From assembly GCA_021841025.1 (NCBI GenBank), contig JAKBWA010000107.1, positions 22,674-86,673 on the forward strand: a stretch of 64,000 nucleotides of DNA, written 5' to 3'. A program made the position numbers and the translations under genes. Every line of letters begins with the position of its first letter. Positions within the stretch are counted from its first letter, which is position 1. Under the pieces are notes generated by a model that ran no database searches, had not been told where the DNA came from, and saw nothing but the letters and a program-made list of their open reading frames with translations. Below are positions 48,174 to 58,123 of the stretch, in pieces. This DNA is from Bacillota bacterium. Its GTDB lineage: Bacteria; Bacillota; Sulfobacillia; Sulfobacillales; Sulfobacillaceae.

Positions 48174-49655
48174 GTGGCGAGAGCATCGGGGTTAAGGGAA
48201 ATATGGCAAGCGTTGCCTATGGAACGCTTCACCGCTCGAGATAATTACATTTGGCTGGTGGTGGCGACAGTGTGTATCGGTGCTTTTATGGCGGCACTGG
48301 ATGCGAGCATTGTGAATGTTGCCCTGCCAGATTTGGCAACCTACTTTCATTCTAGCGCGTCCTTGGTGAGTTGGGTATTAATAGCTTATCTGCTGACATT
48401 AACGACACTGTTGACTCTTTTTGGCCGCGTAGCTGATATTTTGGGCAGAAGGCCTTTATATACATTCGGATTTCTTGTCTTTATTATCGGGTCTGCGGCC
48501 TGTGGTGCTGCAATCAATCTGCCGATGCTGATCGTCTCGCGAATTTTCCAGGCGGCAGGGGCTGCAATGCTTCAGGCTAATTCGGTGGCCATTATTACGG
48601 CTACGGTTCCGGCCCAAATGAGGGGTAGAGCCATTGGTTTTCAAGGTTCGGCTCAGGCCATCGGTTTATCTTTGGGCCCGGCTATTGGAGGAGCCTTAGT
48701 AGGGTTGTTTGGGTGGCGCGCGATTTTTTATGTGAATGTTCCGGTTGGTCTCATTGGTACCGTGATGGCTGCAATGATATTGCCGAAAGATAAGCTCACT
48801 CGGCGTCAAACTACCTTTGATTGGTGGGGGACGCTGTTGATGACGCCATTCTTAGTATTGATTATGGTGGGCCTAACCGAAGGCAACAGTCTTGGGTGGG
48901 CCTCTCCCGTGATATTAGCGATCTTTGCCACAGCGTTTATTTTGCTCATAGGATTTGTGTTTCGGGAATTATCTTTTCGATCACCTTTGGTAGATATGAG
49001 ATTGTTTAAAATCCCTGTGTTCAGCATCGGCAATTTTACCGGACTGTTGTCTTATTTGGCAATGTTTGGGGTGTTGTTCTTGATGCCGTTTTTCCTTGAG
49101 CGGGTTTTAATGTACAATTCGGCAATCTCGGGGCTTATTCTCACCGCGGTGCCTGTAGGCATGACGGTCGTGGCACCAAAATCCGGAGCCCTGGCCGACC
49201 GTTACGGTCCGCGTCTTTTAACGACCTCCGGCATGATGCTAACGGCACTGGCATCGTTAATGCTTGCGTGGACTTTGGCGCTTTCGCCCAATGTCACGCT
49301 GATTGTCATCGAATTGATTCTCATAGGAGTTGGATTGGGAATCTTTACACCTCCCAATAACTCATCGGTTATGGGAAGTCTTCCCGCTTCGCGTCTGGGC
49401 GTGGGCGGCGGCATTCTCAATATGGCCCGCTCTTTGGGCATGGCTATGGGGACGGCGTTGTCGGGGACGGTGTTGGCAGTTTTTTTGCGTTTAAATGGGG
49501 GTGTGGAGAGTCAAGGCGGACCGAGAAGCCCGTGGATTCCATCAACGCGCTATGCTCTGTATCTTCTAGTAGGGCTGTCCATCATAGCGGGTCTTCTGTC
49601 GTTATTTAGAATCGCGTCAAAGAACCCGAACGATAAGATGCCGCTAGAGTGGTAG
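48174..49655 (+). CDS. DHA2 (EmrB/QacA-type) MFS transporter
   Basis: FMAALDASIVNVALP, GRVADILGRR motif A, ~14 TM segments; start uncertain (48129 or 48174). Confidence 0.9.
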   Translation: MARASGLREIWQALPMERFTARDNYIWLVVATVCIGAFMAALDASIVNVALPDLATYFHSSASLVSWVLIAYLLTLTTLLTLFGRVADILGRRPLYTFGFLVFIIGSAACGAAINLPMLIVSRIFQAAGAAMLQANSVAIITATVPAQMRGRAIGFQGSAQAIGLSLGPAIGGALVGLFGWRAIFYVNVPVGLIGTVMAAMILPKDKLTRRQTTFDWWGTLLMTPFLVLIMVGLTEGNSLGWASPVILAIFATAFILLIGFVFRELSFRSPLVDMRLFKIPVFSIGNFTGLLSYLAMFGVLFLMPFFLERVLMYNSAISGLILTAVPVGMTVVAPKSGALADRYGPRLLTTSGMMLTALASLMLAWTLALSPNVTLIVIELILIGVGLGIFTPPNNSSVMGSLPASRLGVGGGILNMARSLGMAMGTALSGTVLAVFLRLNGGVESQGGPRSPWIPSTRYALYLLVGLSIIAGLLSLFRIASKNPNDKMPLEW

Positions 49656-49783
49656 AATTCCCATGAGGTGTGTGGAGCGCGGCTTTTCCTTAACGATTTC
49701 TGTCGAGCTTGCCATTGTTATGCTAGCCTGTCCATTGTATGCTTAACCTATATTGACCAAACAAGGGCCAGGAGGGTACAAGG

Positions 49784-49987
49784 ATGTGGACTGTCGTATA
49801 TATTGCTCCGACCAAGACAATTGCCGATCGTCTATTGGGAATATTGCAAAATGAAGGGGTCTTAGTCCACCTCAAGACAGTTGAATTAGATGCTAACAAT
49901 CATGGCAGTATTGAAATCCAAGTTCCTGAAGGCGAAGCAGAAGAAGCAACAGAAATCATTGCCGAACATCTTGGTCGATTGCGATAA
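49784..49987 (+). CDS. Small conserved protein (DUF2007-like) upstream of pyk
   Basis: MWTVVYIAP...LQNEGVLV...EIQVPEGEAEEA; SD AGGAGG. Confidence 0.75.
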   Translation: MWTVVYIAPTKTIADRLLGILQNEGVLVHLKTVELDANNHGSIEIQVPEGEAEEATEIIAEHLGRLR

Positions 49988-50008
49988 CTAATGAAAAGGA
50001 GTTCATAG

Positions 50009-51733
50009 GTGAGACGCACAAAAATTGTGGCTACCATCGGCCCCGCTTGTGATGAGCCGAATATTTTAAGGGACATGATGCGCTCAGGGATGGACGTGGC
50101 ACGTTTGAATTTGTCTCATGGGGATCTGGAAACCCATCGTGAACGAATGCGGCGTCTCAGGGCAATTTCTTCGGAAACCGGAACCGAAATTGGCATCATG
50201 TTGGATACCTGCGGACCTGAAGTCCGCCTTACACATTTGAATCAACCAGTGAAGCTGAAACAGGGCGATCAGTTTGTTTTGCGCGCCCAGCCTGGTGACA
50301 CTGACTATGAAGCCGGGGTAACATGGGACGGCATATTTTCCATGATAGAACCCAGCCACGTATTATGGGTAGATGATGGAAATATTGTTCTACGGTGTGT
50401 TGAACAGCACGCCGATGCGTTGGTGATGGAAACAGTTGTCGGAGGAATTCTGAAAAATCGTAAAAAAATTAGCTCGCCGACTACGACTTGGCCGTTAGAG
50501 ATTTTGACGGACACGGACCGGGCGGTGTTGTCCATGGGCATAGCCGAGGGCATGGATTTTGTCGCGGCCTCTTTTGTGCGTTCGGCCGAAGATGTTGTTA
50601 AAATCCGCAAATTTTTTGAAGCCAAGGATTCTGATGCTTTTATTATCAGTAAAATTGAGAATCGTGCGGGAGTTGAAAATCTGGAGGAAATTCTAGCAGT
50701 ATCTGACGGAGTGATGGTAGCGCGAGGAGATCTGGGGGTGGAATTGCCTCCGGAACGCGTGCCATGGCTGCAAAAAGATATCATTGTACGGGCCAATGAT
50801 CTGGGTATTCCGGTGGTGACTGCGACCCAGATGCTGGAATCCATGACCCATGCTCCTCGTCCTACGCGTGCTGAGGTTTCGGATGTGGCTCATGCTATCT
50901 GGGACGGGTCAGACAGTGTGATGCTATCGGCTGAAACCGCCTCGGGACAATATCCTGTAGAGGCCGTGCAAATGATGGCCAAGATTGCGGAGGACGCTGA
51001 TAACCGGCGGGGATTTTTGACACGTCGGACTTTTCAGGTCGTGCGTGTGGGTGATGCAGTCAGCCGAGCTTCTGCAGAAATGGCAGAAAGCCTGGGAGCG
51101 AGAGCCATCTTGACCGCGACCGCCACGGGGTACACCGCGCGGATGGTGAGTCGTTCTCGTCCGAGTGTCCCGATTATTGCTATTTCGACGCAACAGCGTG
51201 TGATGCGGCGCTTGAAGTTAACCTGGGGGGTATACCCCATTATCTCAGACGATCCGGAACATTCCGATGATATGGTGAATAAAGCCATTGAAGCTGCCGT
51301 GGAATATGGGTATGTGACGGATGGTGACTTGGTAGTTTTGACAGCAGGAGTTCCGGCAGGCATTCCTGGAACCACAAATATGGTACGGGTGGAAACCGTA
51401 TCCAGCCCCGTTTTAATGGGTACTGGACTGGGCTACGGCGAGCCGGTCACAGGAATGGTGTGTTTTCAACCGCAAGATATGAAATTATTGCCCCAGGACC
51501 CGTACGTGGCAGTCGTGCGGGACTATGATAACGAGGCGAAGGAATTTTTTTCTCAAGCTAAGGCTATTATCGCTGAGAGTGGAAGAACGTCTGATGTTGC
51601 GGTCGCTGCGGTAACTTTAGGCATTCCAGCCATAGTGGGTGTTGACGGGGCGACGGTTCGGCTACATAGCAATCAAATTGTCACCATTGATCCGGTTCGC
51701 GGCGTAATTTATAAAGGGCGCGTGAAAGTTTGA
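50009..51733 (+). CDS. pyk: Pyruvate kinase with C-terminal PEP-utiliser domain
   Basis: RRTKIVATIGP, ARLNLSHG, SKIEN, VARGDLGVE, ATQMLESM, DSVMLSAETA. Confidence 0.97.
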   Translation: MRRTKIVATIGPACDEPNILRDMMRSGMDVARLNLSHGDLETHRERMRRLRAISSETGTEIGIMLDTCGPEVRLTHLNQPVKLKQGDQFVLRAQPGDTDYEAGVTWDGIFSMIEPSHVLWVDDGNIVLRCVEQHADALVMETVVGGILKNRKKISSPTTTWPLEILTDTDRAVLSMGIAEGMDFVAASFVRSAEDVVKIRKFFEAKDSDAFIISKIENRAGVENLEEILAVSDGVMVARGDLGVELPPERVPWLQKDIIVRANDLGIPVVTATQMLESMTHAPRPTRAEVSDVAHAIWDGSDSVMLSAETASGQYPVEAVQMMAKIAEDADNRRGFLTRRTFQVVRVGDAVSRASAEMAESLGARAILTATATGYTARMVSRSRPSVPIIAISTQQRVMRRLKLTWGVYPIISDDPEHSDDMVNKAIEAAVEYGYVTDGDLVVLTAGVPAGIPGTTNMVRVETVSSPVLMGTGLGYGEPVTGMVCFQPQDMKLLPQDPYVAVVRDYDNEAKEFFSQAKAIIAESGRTSDVAVAAVTLGIPAIVGVDGATVRLHSNQIVTIDPVRGVIYKGRVKV

Positions 51734-51844
51734 TGAATCTTCCCATATAGTTCAAAAAATAGGACACGGGGGACACGCGGCCTGGGGGTTTCTGTGGACC
51801 GTAAGCCGTTTCACAAAAGAGAGGTCGAAGAAGGGAGCCGATTC

Positions 51845-52687
51845 GTGATGATGGTATATTTGAATGGTAAACTGATTGATGAGACGGCCGCGTGCATCAG
51901 TTTTGACGATCGCGGCTTTTTGTTTGCTGACGGAGTCTATGAAGTCGTTCACATCTATTCTCGGCAATTTTTTGAATGGGACCGCCATATGGCGCGCCTT
52001 CAACGTTCGCTCGAGGGAATTTATTTGCCCCATGTGGACAATGATGAACTGACTCAAGGAGCCTTAACGCTGCTGGATCGCTTTGACGGCGACGAAGGCA
52101 TGTTGTATTTGCAAATTACACGGGGCGTTCATCCCAGATCACATGCGTTTCCGCCGCAAGATGTTGCTCCTACCATACTGATGTGGATACGGCCTCATCA
52201 ATCGTTTTCGGCTGAAACCATACAACAAGGTGTTAGCGTGATAACGGTGGCGGATGATCGATGGGCAAAAGTCTGGATCAAGACCATCGGGTTGTTACCT
52301 AATGTACTGGCTAAGGAAAAAGCGCATAAACTGGGAGTGTTTGATGCCGTGTTTGTACGAGACGGGATGGTTACAGAAGCGACCAGCGCCAATATCTTTA
52401 TCGTGCGCCAGGGAGTATTGCAAACCCATCCTGTCACCAATTATATTCTGCCGGGGATAACCCGCGAAGTGGTGTTGGAACTCGCGCGTGATAGACAAAT
52501 GCCCATTTCTCTGGAACCATTTTCAGTGGAAGAAATGTATTTGGCTGAGGAAGTTTTTCTGACGGGAACCACGACCGAAATTTTGCCCGTGACCCAAGTG
52601 GATAACAAGAGGATTGGTACCCAGGCTGGAGGCGTAAGCGTTTCCTTGTTAGAAGCCTTGAGGCAAAGAGCTTATTCGGTATCATAA
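51845..52687 (+). CDS. dat: D-amino-acid aminotransferase (class IV PLP)
   Basis: DDRGFLFADGVYEV, YLQITRG, IKTIGLLPNVLAK, TEATSAN, ILPGITR. Confidence 0.88.
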   Translation: MMMVYLNGKLIDETAACISFDDRGFLFADGVYEVVHIYSRQFFEWDRHMARLQRSLEGIYLPHVDNDELTQGALTLLDRFDGDEGMLYLQITRGVHPRSHAFPPQDVAPTILMWIRPHQSFSAETIQQGVSVITVADDRWAKVWIKTIGLLPNVLAKEKAHKLGVFDAVFVRDGMVTEATSANIFIVRQGVLQTHPVTNYILPGITREVVLELARDRQMPISLEPFSVEEMYLAEEVFLTGTTTEILPVTQVDNKRIGTQAGGVSVSLLEALRQRAYSVS

Positions 52688-52725
52688 CCGCGTTTTCAGG
52701 GGAAACTGGCTGAGGAGGCGAAATT

Positions 52726-52884
52726 ATGCACAACAGGGAACTGTTAGCCGACGAAGCGCGCGGGTATTTCTTTGCGTTAGCAGAGGTGTTGCGGGAACTG
52801 GAAGAGAGTGATCTATTGGGGCGCTTAGCAGAATTGTATAAGGATTTTCGGCTAAGCGAATTTTATGGTCATGCTCGGGGCTAG
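52726..52884 (+). CDS. Hypothetical 52-aa protein, absent from ORF track
   Basis: SD GAGGAGG 52712-52718, ATG 52726; MHNRELLADEARGYFFALAEVLRELEESDLLGRLAELYKDFRLSEFYGHARG*; fills the dat-trmL gap. Confidence 0.7.
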   Translation: MHNRELLADEARGYFFALAEVLRELEESDLLGRLAELYKDFRLSEFYGHARG

Positions 52885-52944
52885 ATAGCTCCGAGCATCT
52901 CCCATGACTTGTTATGACAGTTTTTCATATAAGGAGGACGGGGG

Positions 52945-53412
52945 ATGCACGTCGTATTGGTGGAGCCGGAAATCCCCCCTAATACTGGGAATATTGCCAG
53001 GACCTGCGCGGCAACCCATAGTCGCTTACACTTGGTGGAGCCCCTGGGGTTTTCCATAAGTGACCGTTATCTTCGGCGTGCGGGTCTTGATTATTGGGAT
53101 TTTGTCGAGGTGCGGATTTATCCGGATTGGCAGACTCTGGTCGAAACTTTGGGACACCCCGAAACGTGGCATTATTTTACCTCTCACAGTTCGCGGTTTT
53201 ATACGGAAGCTCATTATACTCAAGACTCCGTGTTGGTGTTTGGAAAAGAGTCGACGGGGCTGCCTCAGGATTTGCTGGATCGTTATCCCCAAGCCAATTA
53301 TGTTATCCCCATGAATCGACAGGTTCGTTCCTTAAATTTATCGAACGCGGTAGCTATTGTAGTGTATGAGGCCATGCGACAACAAGGGTTTGGACCGATC
53401 GAACTGCCATGA
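52945..53412 (+). CDS. trmL: tRNA (cytidine/uridine-34) 2'-O-methyltransferase TrmL
   Basis: VEPEIPPNTGNIARTC, RRAGLDYW, FGKESTGLP, SLNLSNAV. Confidence 0.96.
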   Translation: MHVVLVEPEIPPNTGNIARTCAATHSRLHLVEPLGFSISDRYLRRAGLDYWDFVEVRIYPDWQTLVETLGHPETWHYFTSHSSRFYTEAHYTQDSVLVFGKESTGLPQDLLDRYPQANYVIPMNRQVRSLNLSNAVAIVVYEAMRQQGFGPIELP

Positions 53413-53439
53413 AGAGTGCGGGAAACGGGAGTCTTTACT

Positions 53440-54441
53440 ATGCCTTGGTTATTGCTCACCATAAGCGGAATGGTGCTGATTGTACTGTCGGCGGATTACT
53501 TCACCAATGGAGTGGAATGGCTGGGATATTACCTACATTTAGAAGAAGGGGCGATGGGATCGCTTTTGGCGGCTCTGGGGACTGCTTTGCCGGAAACTCT
53601 AGTGCCTGTCGTGGCGATTATTTTCAGTCCGCTGCACAGTCAAACAGCGATTGGGTTGGGAGCCATTTTGGGAGCTCCTTTAATGTTGGCGACCATAGGA
53701 TTTGCGGTGATAGGGCTGGGCTTAAGAATGAGAAGCCGGTCAAAGACTAGCCTTAACGTCCCCACTGTAGGCACTATGAGTAAAGATTTGGGATTTTTCC
53801 TCTTGGCTTTTGGTCTAGCGCTGATTACAACCTTTCTCCCGGCCATGATTCATCCCGTCATGCTTGCTGTGTTACTGACTCTTTATGTAGTCCACGCTTG
53901 GAGGCTTGTGCGAGGCAATCAAAAACCGGAAGGTGTCCCTGGACCCTCTTTGCCGTCTCAGCCCCTTCGTTTGTCAGCGACGCCCAGAAAGAGATCATGG
54001 CTCGCCATTGTGCAAGTGCTGTTGGCTCTAATCGGATTGATTTTGGGGGCACATTTCTTTGTTACCGCTTTGGATACGGTGACGAAGTTTTTTCCAATCT
54101 CTCCCTTTCTCTTAGCGGTGATTGTCACACCGGTTGCTACCGAATTGCCGGAAGTTTTAAATAGCGTGATATGGATCCGCCGAGGCAAAGACACTTTGGC
54201 AGTTGGCAATGTCACGGGAGCGATGGCTTTTCAATCAAGCATTGTACCGGCTTTAGGCATCGGTTTTACACCGTGGGCTTTAACGCCTTTGGAAATTGCC
54301 ACCGGAGTTTTGACGTGGCTAGCCGCGTGCTGGATTTGGCTTAAGAGCCGTTCCCAGCATCTTTACACCACAGAACTTTTGACGGCGGGGCTTTTTTATG
54401 TGATCTATATTGCTATCGTAGCTAGTCTGTATACATCTTAG
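53440..54441 (+). CDS. Ca2+/cation antiporter (CaCA, YrbG-like)
   Basis: Two alpha repeats GTALPE and ATELPE, GAILGAP, GNVTGA; hydrophobic; SD GGGAG before ATG 53440. Confidence 0.85.
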   Translation: MPWLLLTISGMVLIVLSADYFTNGVEWLGYYLHLEEGAMGSLLAALGTALPETLVPVVAIIFSPLHSQTAIGLGAILGAPLMLATIGFAVIGLGLRMRSRSKTSLNVPTVGTMSKDLGFFLLAFGLALITTFLPAMIHPVMLAVLLTLYVVHAWRLVRGNQKPEGVPGPSLPSQPLRLSATPRKRSWLAIVQVLLALIGLILGAHFFVTALDTVTKFFPISPFLLAVIVTPVATELPEVLNSVIWIRRGKDTLAVGNVTGAMAFQSSIVPALGIGFTPWALTPLEIATGVLTWLAACWIWLKSRSQHLYTTELLTAGLFYVIYIAIVASLYTS

Positions 54442-54755
54442 TGTGGTTTGCCTGACATCTGGCGAAATTCAGCAAAGGATCGGCGTATCCCATGCCATTG
54501 AGCCTTCAGCCGTAATGGGTTTTGACGCCCCAGGAGCGGTGGCGTTTGAGAGGCGGGCCTGGTAAACTGAAGAAAGTCCGCAACTCGATTTTTCCGACAT
54601 AGCTCAATTCAGATATTTCCAGATGCAGAAACAATGAGCTCAATGTACGGATAAAAGGGTCATAGGGAAGAAAATTGTCTGTCAAAAAGCTGCGTCGGCC
54701 AACGGCTTGATCGTAAGCGGCAAACCTGGCCGGGCGACCAAAGGATGAGCAATAA

Positions 54756-55493
54756 ATGTATTGGGACCAAATTACCACCAAAGGTTTTCTCCAAGAGGTT
54801 GTTGGCCGTGTGGATACGGCCATTCTTCCTGTGGGCAGTATTGAGGCTCATGGCCAACATTGCCCCTTGGGAACCGATAATATGGCTCCCGGATATTTTG
54901 CCGTGCAACTCGAAAAAGCCTATCCTGACCGAATTTTGATCCTGCCTTCCGTAGCTTATGGCTATACACCCGACTTGAGTGTGTGGCCCGGCAGCTTGTC
55001 CGTATCAGCTTCCGTGTTGCAACAATATGTCCAGGAAATTGGGCAGGGTGTTGTCCGTTGGGGCATCACTAACCTGATATTGTTAAACGGACATGGAGGG
55101 AATATTGGGGCATTACAATCGGCAATGGACACTATCGCCCAGGAAAATGCGCGAGTGGTGCTGATAAACTGGTGGCTGGATTTCAGCAAGCAAATTCTTA
55201 CGATTACTCAAGGTCAAGGGCACGCCGGCGAAGATGAAACTTCTGTGATGCTTAAGGTGGCCCCCGAATGGGTTCATATGGAGGATGCTTCTTTTAACCC
55301 TTTTCGTCCACGCTACCGTGTTAAGGGTCCGGGCCTTTCCGATAAAAGCCTGCGCCATGCGACAACCGGAGACGGAAGAGGAGCTACCAGAGAAAAAGGG
55401 GAAAAGATAGTGGAACTGGTCCTGAAAGAATTAAGGTTGTTGTTGGAACGTTTGTGGAATGATGATCTATTTGAGCGAATCGATAATCATTAA
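54756..55493 (+). CDS. Creatininase-family amidohydrolase
   Basis: LPVGSIEAHGQHCPLGTD, LNGHGGN, GHAGEDETS, GDGRGATREKG. Confidence 0.9.
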   Translation: MYWDQITTKGFLQEVVGRVDTAILPVGSIEAHGQHCPLGTDNMAPGYFAVQLEKAYPDRILILPSVAYGYTPDLSVWPGSLSVSASVLQQYVQEIGQGVVRWGITNLILLNGHGGNIGALQSAMDTIAQENARVVLINWWLDFSKQILTITQGQGHAGEDETSVMLKVAPEWVHMEDASFNPFRPRYRVKGPGLSDKSLRHATTGDGRGATREKGEKIVELVLKELRLLLERLWNDDLFERIDNH

Positions 55494-55525
55494 ACAGATT
55501 AGCATTTTCAAGGAGGCTGGGTATT

Positions 55526-56728
55526 ATGCTAAAGACATTGCCCCTGGCTGAGAGGGTGCGCCAATTGCACCCCTCGCCGACAATGGCTATTGACTCCAAA
55601 GCCAAAGCTTTAATCGCGCAGGGAAAGGATGTTGTCAATTTTGGCGCGGGAGAACCGGACTTTAACACTCCGGAAAATATTCGCCAGGCCGCGATAACGG
55701 CTATTAATGAAGGGCATACCCGCTATACAGTCGTCGGCGGTATTGAAGCGCTCAAGGTCGCGATTCAAGATCGTATTCGCCAAGACACGGGCGTTGAATA
55801 TCAGACTGATGAAATCCTCGTATCGGTGGGTGCCAAGCATTCTTTGTACAATGCGGTGATGAGTCTGGTCAACCCGCAAGACGGTGTGCTCTTGCCTGTG
55901 CCGTACTGGGTAACATACCCCGAGCAAATTACCTTAGCCGGAGGAATTGTGCAATATGTTGTGCCTCATTTAGAACATGAAGGGGTACCCTACCCGGATG
56001 ACATCGAAAATTTTATGACAGAGAGCTCTCGGGGCTTACTGTTGAATTCTCCCAGCAACCCGAGCGGGGTTGTGATCAGCCCCCATGTCTTGGAGCAAAT
56101 TGCTCGTTTGGCTGTAGCTAAGGACCTCTGGGTTATTTCCGACGAAATTTACAACCGGTTAGTGTATGACGATACAATTCATCAATCCATTGCGGCTTTT
56201 CCCGGGATGCGTGAACGCACTGTGCTGATCAATGGTGTGTCAAAGTCATACGCCATGACCGGATGGCGTATTGGATATGCCGCCGGACCCAAACATATTA
56301 TTAAGGCTATGACGAGTTTGCAGTCCCAGTCGACATCGAATCCTTCAACGATTTCCCAGTATGCGGCATTGGCGGCCTTAAAAGGCCCGCAAGAACAAGT
56401 GGACGTGATGCGTAGCGAGTTTGACCGCCGTCGGCGGTATATTGTGGAGCGCCTCAACCAGATTGACGGTTTGTCCGTAGCCACTCCACGCGGGGCGTTT
56501 TACGTGTGGGTAAACATGGCTGCATGGAAGAACCGGACGGTCGGCGGGCGTGTCATCCAGAACGCCGATGATCTGGCTCTCGCTTGGCTTGAGAAGGCAA
56601 ACGTGGCGGTAGTTCCCGGGTCCGGTTTTGGTATGCCCGATTATTTCCGCATGTCCTATGCTACATCTATGGAAAGGATAGAAACCGGACTGGACCGCAT
56701 GCAAAGTCTTTTGGACTCTAGACAATGA
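55526..56728 (+). CDS. Aspartate aminotransferase (class I/II PLP)
   Basis: GAGEPDF, GAKHSLYN, NSPSNPSG, SDEIY, NGVSKSYAMTGWRIGY. Confidence 0.92.
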   Translation: MLKTLPLAERVRQLHPSPTMAIDSKAKALIAQGKDVVNFGAGEPDFNTPENIRQAAITAINEGHTRYTVVGGIEALKVAIQDRIRQDTGVEYQTDEILVSVGAKHSLYNAVMSLVNPQDGVLLPVPYWVTYPEQITLAGGIVQYVVPHLEHEGVPYPDDIENFMTESSRGLLLNSPSNPSGVVISPHVLEQIARLAVAKDLWVISDEIYNRLVYDDTIHQSIAAFPGMRERTVLINGVSKSYAMTGWRIGYAAGPKHIIKAMTSLQSQSTSNPSTISQYAALAALKGPQEQVDVMRSEFDRRRRYIVERLNQIDGLSVATPRGAFYVWVNMAAWKNRTVGGRVIQNADDLALAWLEKANVAVVPGSGFGMPDYFRMSYATSMERIETGLDRMQSLLDSRQ

Positions 56729-58089
56729 CACAAAAACCTAAAGTAGGCATCATTGGGCTAGGGGTTAATAACAAACCCCTGGTCCCTTTTCTGTATAAAC
56801 GCGGCATGGAGGTGATTGTCGCGGATAAAAGACCATCGTCCGAATTGCGTCTTTCTTTGACGGACATGGGATTAACGGATGTCCAGGTTTTGGGAGGCCC
56901 AGAGTATTTGACTAAGCTGTCTCGAGTCTCGAATCTAAGGACTGTGTACTTAACCCCCGGGATGGTCAAAAACCTTCCGGAGATTGAACAGATGCGACGC
57001 AAGGGAACGGTTATTAGCTGTGAAACTGATGTGTTTTTCCAACATTGCCCCGCTCCCATTATCGGTATCACCGGATCCGCCGGGAAAACAACCACAACAA
57101 CTTTAGTCTCCCAAGCGCTTAGAGAAAGTGGCGAGCGCCCGGTATTTACCGGTGGCAACATTGGACACTCCTTGTGGGAGGATTGGCCCCACATTACTTC
57201 AGAGAGCTTGGTTGTGATGGAATTGTCCAGTTTTCAACTGGAATTGGTGACTCATAGTCCCCAAGGGGCCACAGTGTTAAATCTTTCTCCCAATCACTTG
57301 GATATCCATGGCACTATGGAGGCCTATGCCCAAGCGAAGTCTAATATCTTCCGCTATCAGAATTCGGAGGATTGGGTGTTGCTTCCTGATCCGCCATCCT
57401 TGTTGCAAGACATGAAAATTAGACCTTCTGGGCACATCTTGTACTTTTCGTTACATGATCATGGCCAAGCCGGGAGCTTTGTGTCCGACGGAAAAGTGAT
57501 GTACCGGGATTTGGCCCATCGTGTGATAAGCTGCTTTCCCATCTCGATTATTCAGGTTCCTGGCACTCATAATTTGTTAAATGTGTTGGCGGCTGCTGCG
57601 ATAGTGGGGATGGCCCCAGGGCGAATGAAGGCTCTGGAACACATTGTTGCTAATTTTTCGGGGGTTGCTCACCGTTTGGAAAAAGTGCGAGTTCATGATA
57701 ACATTTTATACATCAATGACTCTATTGCCACGGCTCCTGACAGGACAATGGCTGCGTTACGGGCGATAAAGGGTCCCATTGTTTTATTGGCTGGCGGATA
57801 TGACAAGCAACTGGATTATGATGAGTTGGGGCAGGCGATTGCTCAAAGCAGGGTTCATCATGTGGTGGTTTTAGGACAAATCCAGGATAAATTAGCCCGA
57901 TCCATAGCCCGTTACAGCACAATACCGGTGATGCACGCTGAGTCGCTAGAGATGGCTGTGGAATCGGCCAGACAAGTAGCAAACCCCGGCGACACTGTTT
58001 TGTTGTCGCCAGCTGCAGCTAGTTACGACATGTTCAGGAATTTTGAAGATCGTGGAGAGCGCTTTCGCAAGATTGTGGAGAGTTTTTGA
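56725..58089 (+). CDS. murD: UDP-MurNAc-L-Ala D-Glu ligase MurD
   Basis: GITGSAGKTTTT, GGNIG, ELSSFQL, NHLDIH, HRLE, NDSIAT, GGYDK, LLSPAAASYDMF. Confidence 0.95.
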   Translation: MTQKPKVGIIGLGVNNKPLVPFLYKRGMEVIVADKRPSSELRLSLTDMGLTDVQVLGGPEYLTKLSRVSNLRTVYLTPGMVKNLPEIEQMRRKGTVISCETDVFFQHCPAPIIGITGSAGKTTTTTLVSQALRESGERPVFTGGNIGHSLWEDWPHITSESLVVMELSSFQLELVTHSPQGATVLNLSPNHLDIHGTMEAYAQAKSNIFRYQNSEDWVLLPDPPSLLQDMKIRPSGHILYFSLHDHGQAGSFVSDGKVMYRDLAHRVISCFPISIIQVPGTHNLLNVLAAAAIVGMAPGRMKALEHIVANFSGVAHRLEKVRVHDNILYINDSIATAPDRTMAALRAIKGPIVLLAGGYDKQLDYDELGQAIAQSRVHHVVVLGQIQDKLARSIARYSTIPVMHAESLEMAVESARQVANPGDTVLLSPAAASYDMFRNFEDRGERFRKIVESF

Positions 58090-58123
58090 GGACCGGAAGT
58101 ACCATTTCAGGAGGGCTTTTATC

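Noticed and set aside
54560-54750. GGCAAACC...GGGCGACCAAAG resembling a c-di-GMP-I riboswitch, and GAAAGTCC resembling RNase P
   Set aside because: No GAAA tetraloop/P2 or P1 partner; the RNase P motifs are in the wrong order and the region is too short
6602-58123. Long N-terminal extensions in the ORF track for mraZ, murE, murA, ftsA, ileS, rluD, pyrE and typA
   Set aside because: Each has a better SD-supported downstream start matching the family N-terminus; the ileS extension is the T-box terminator
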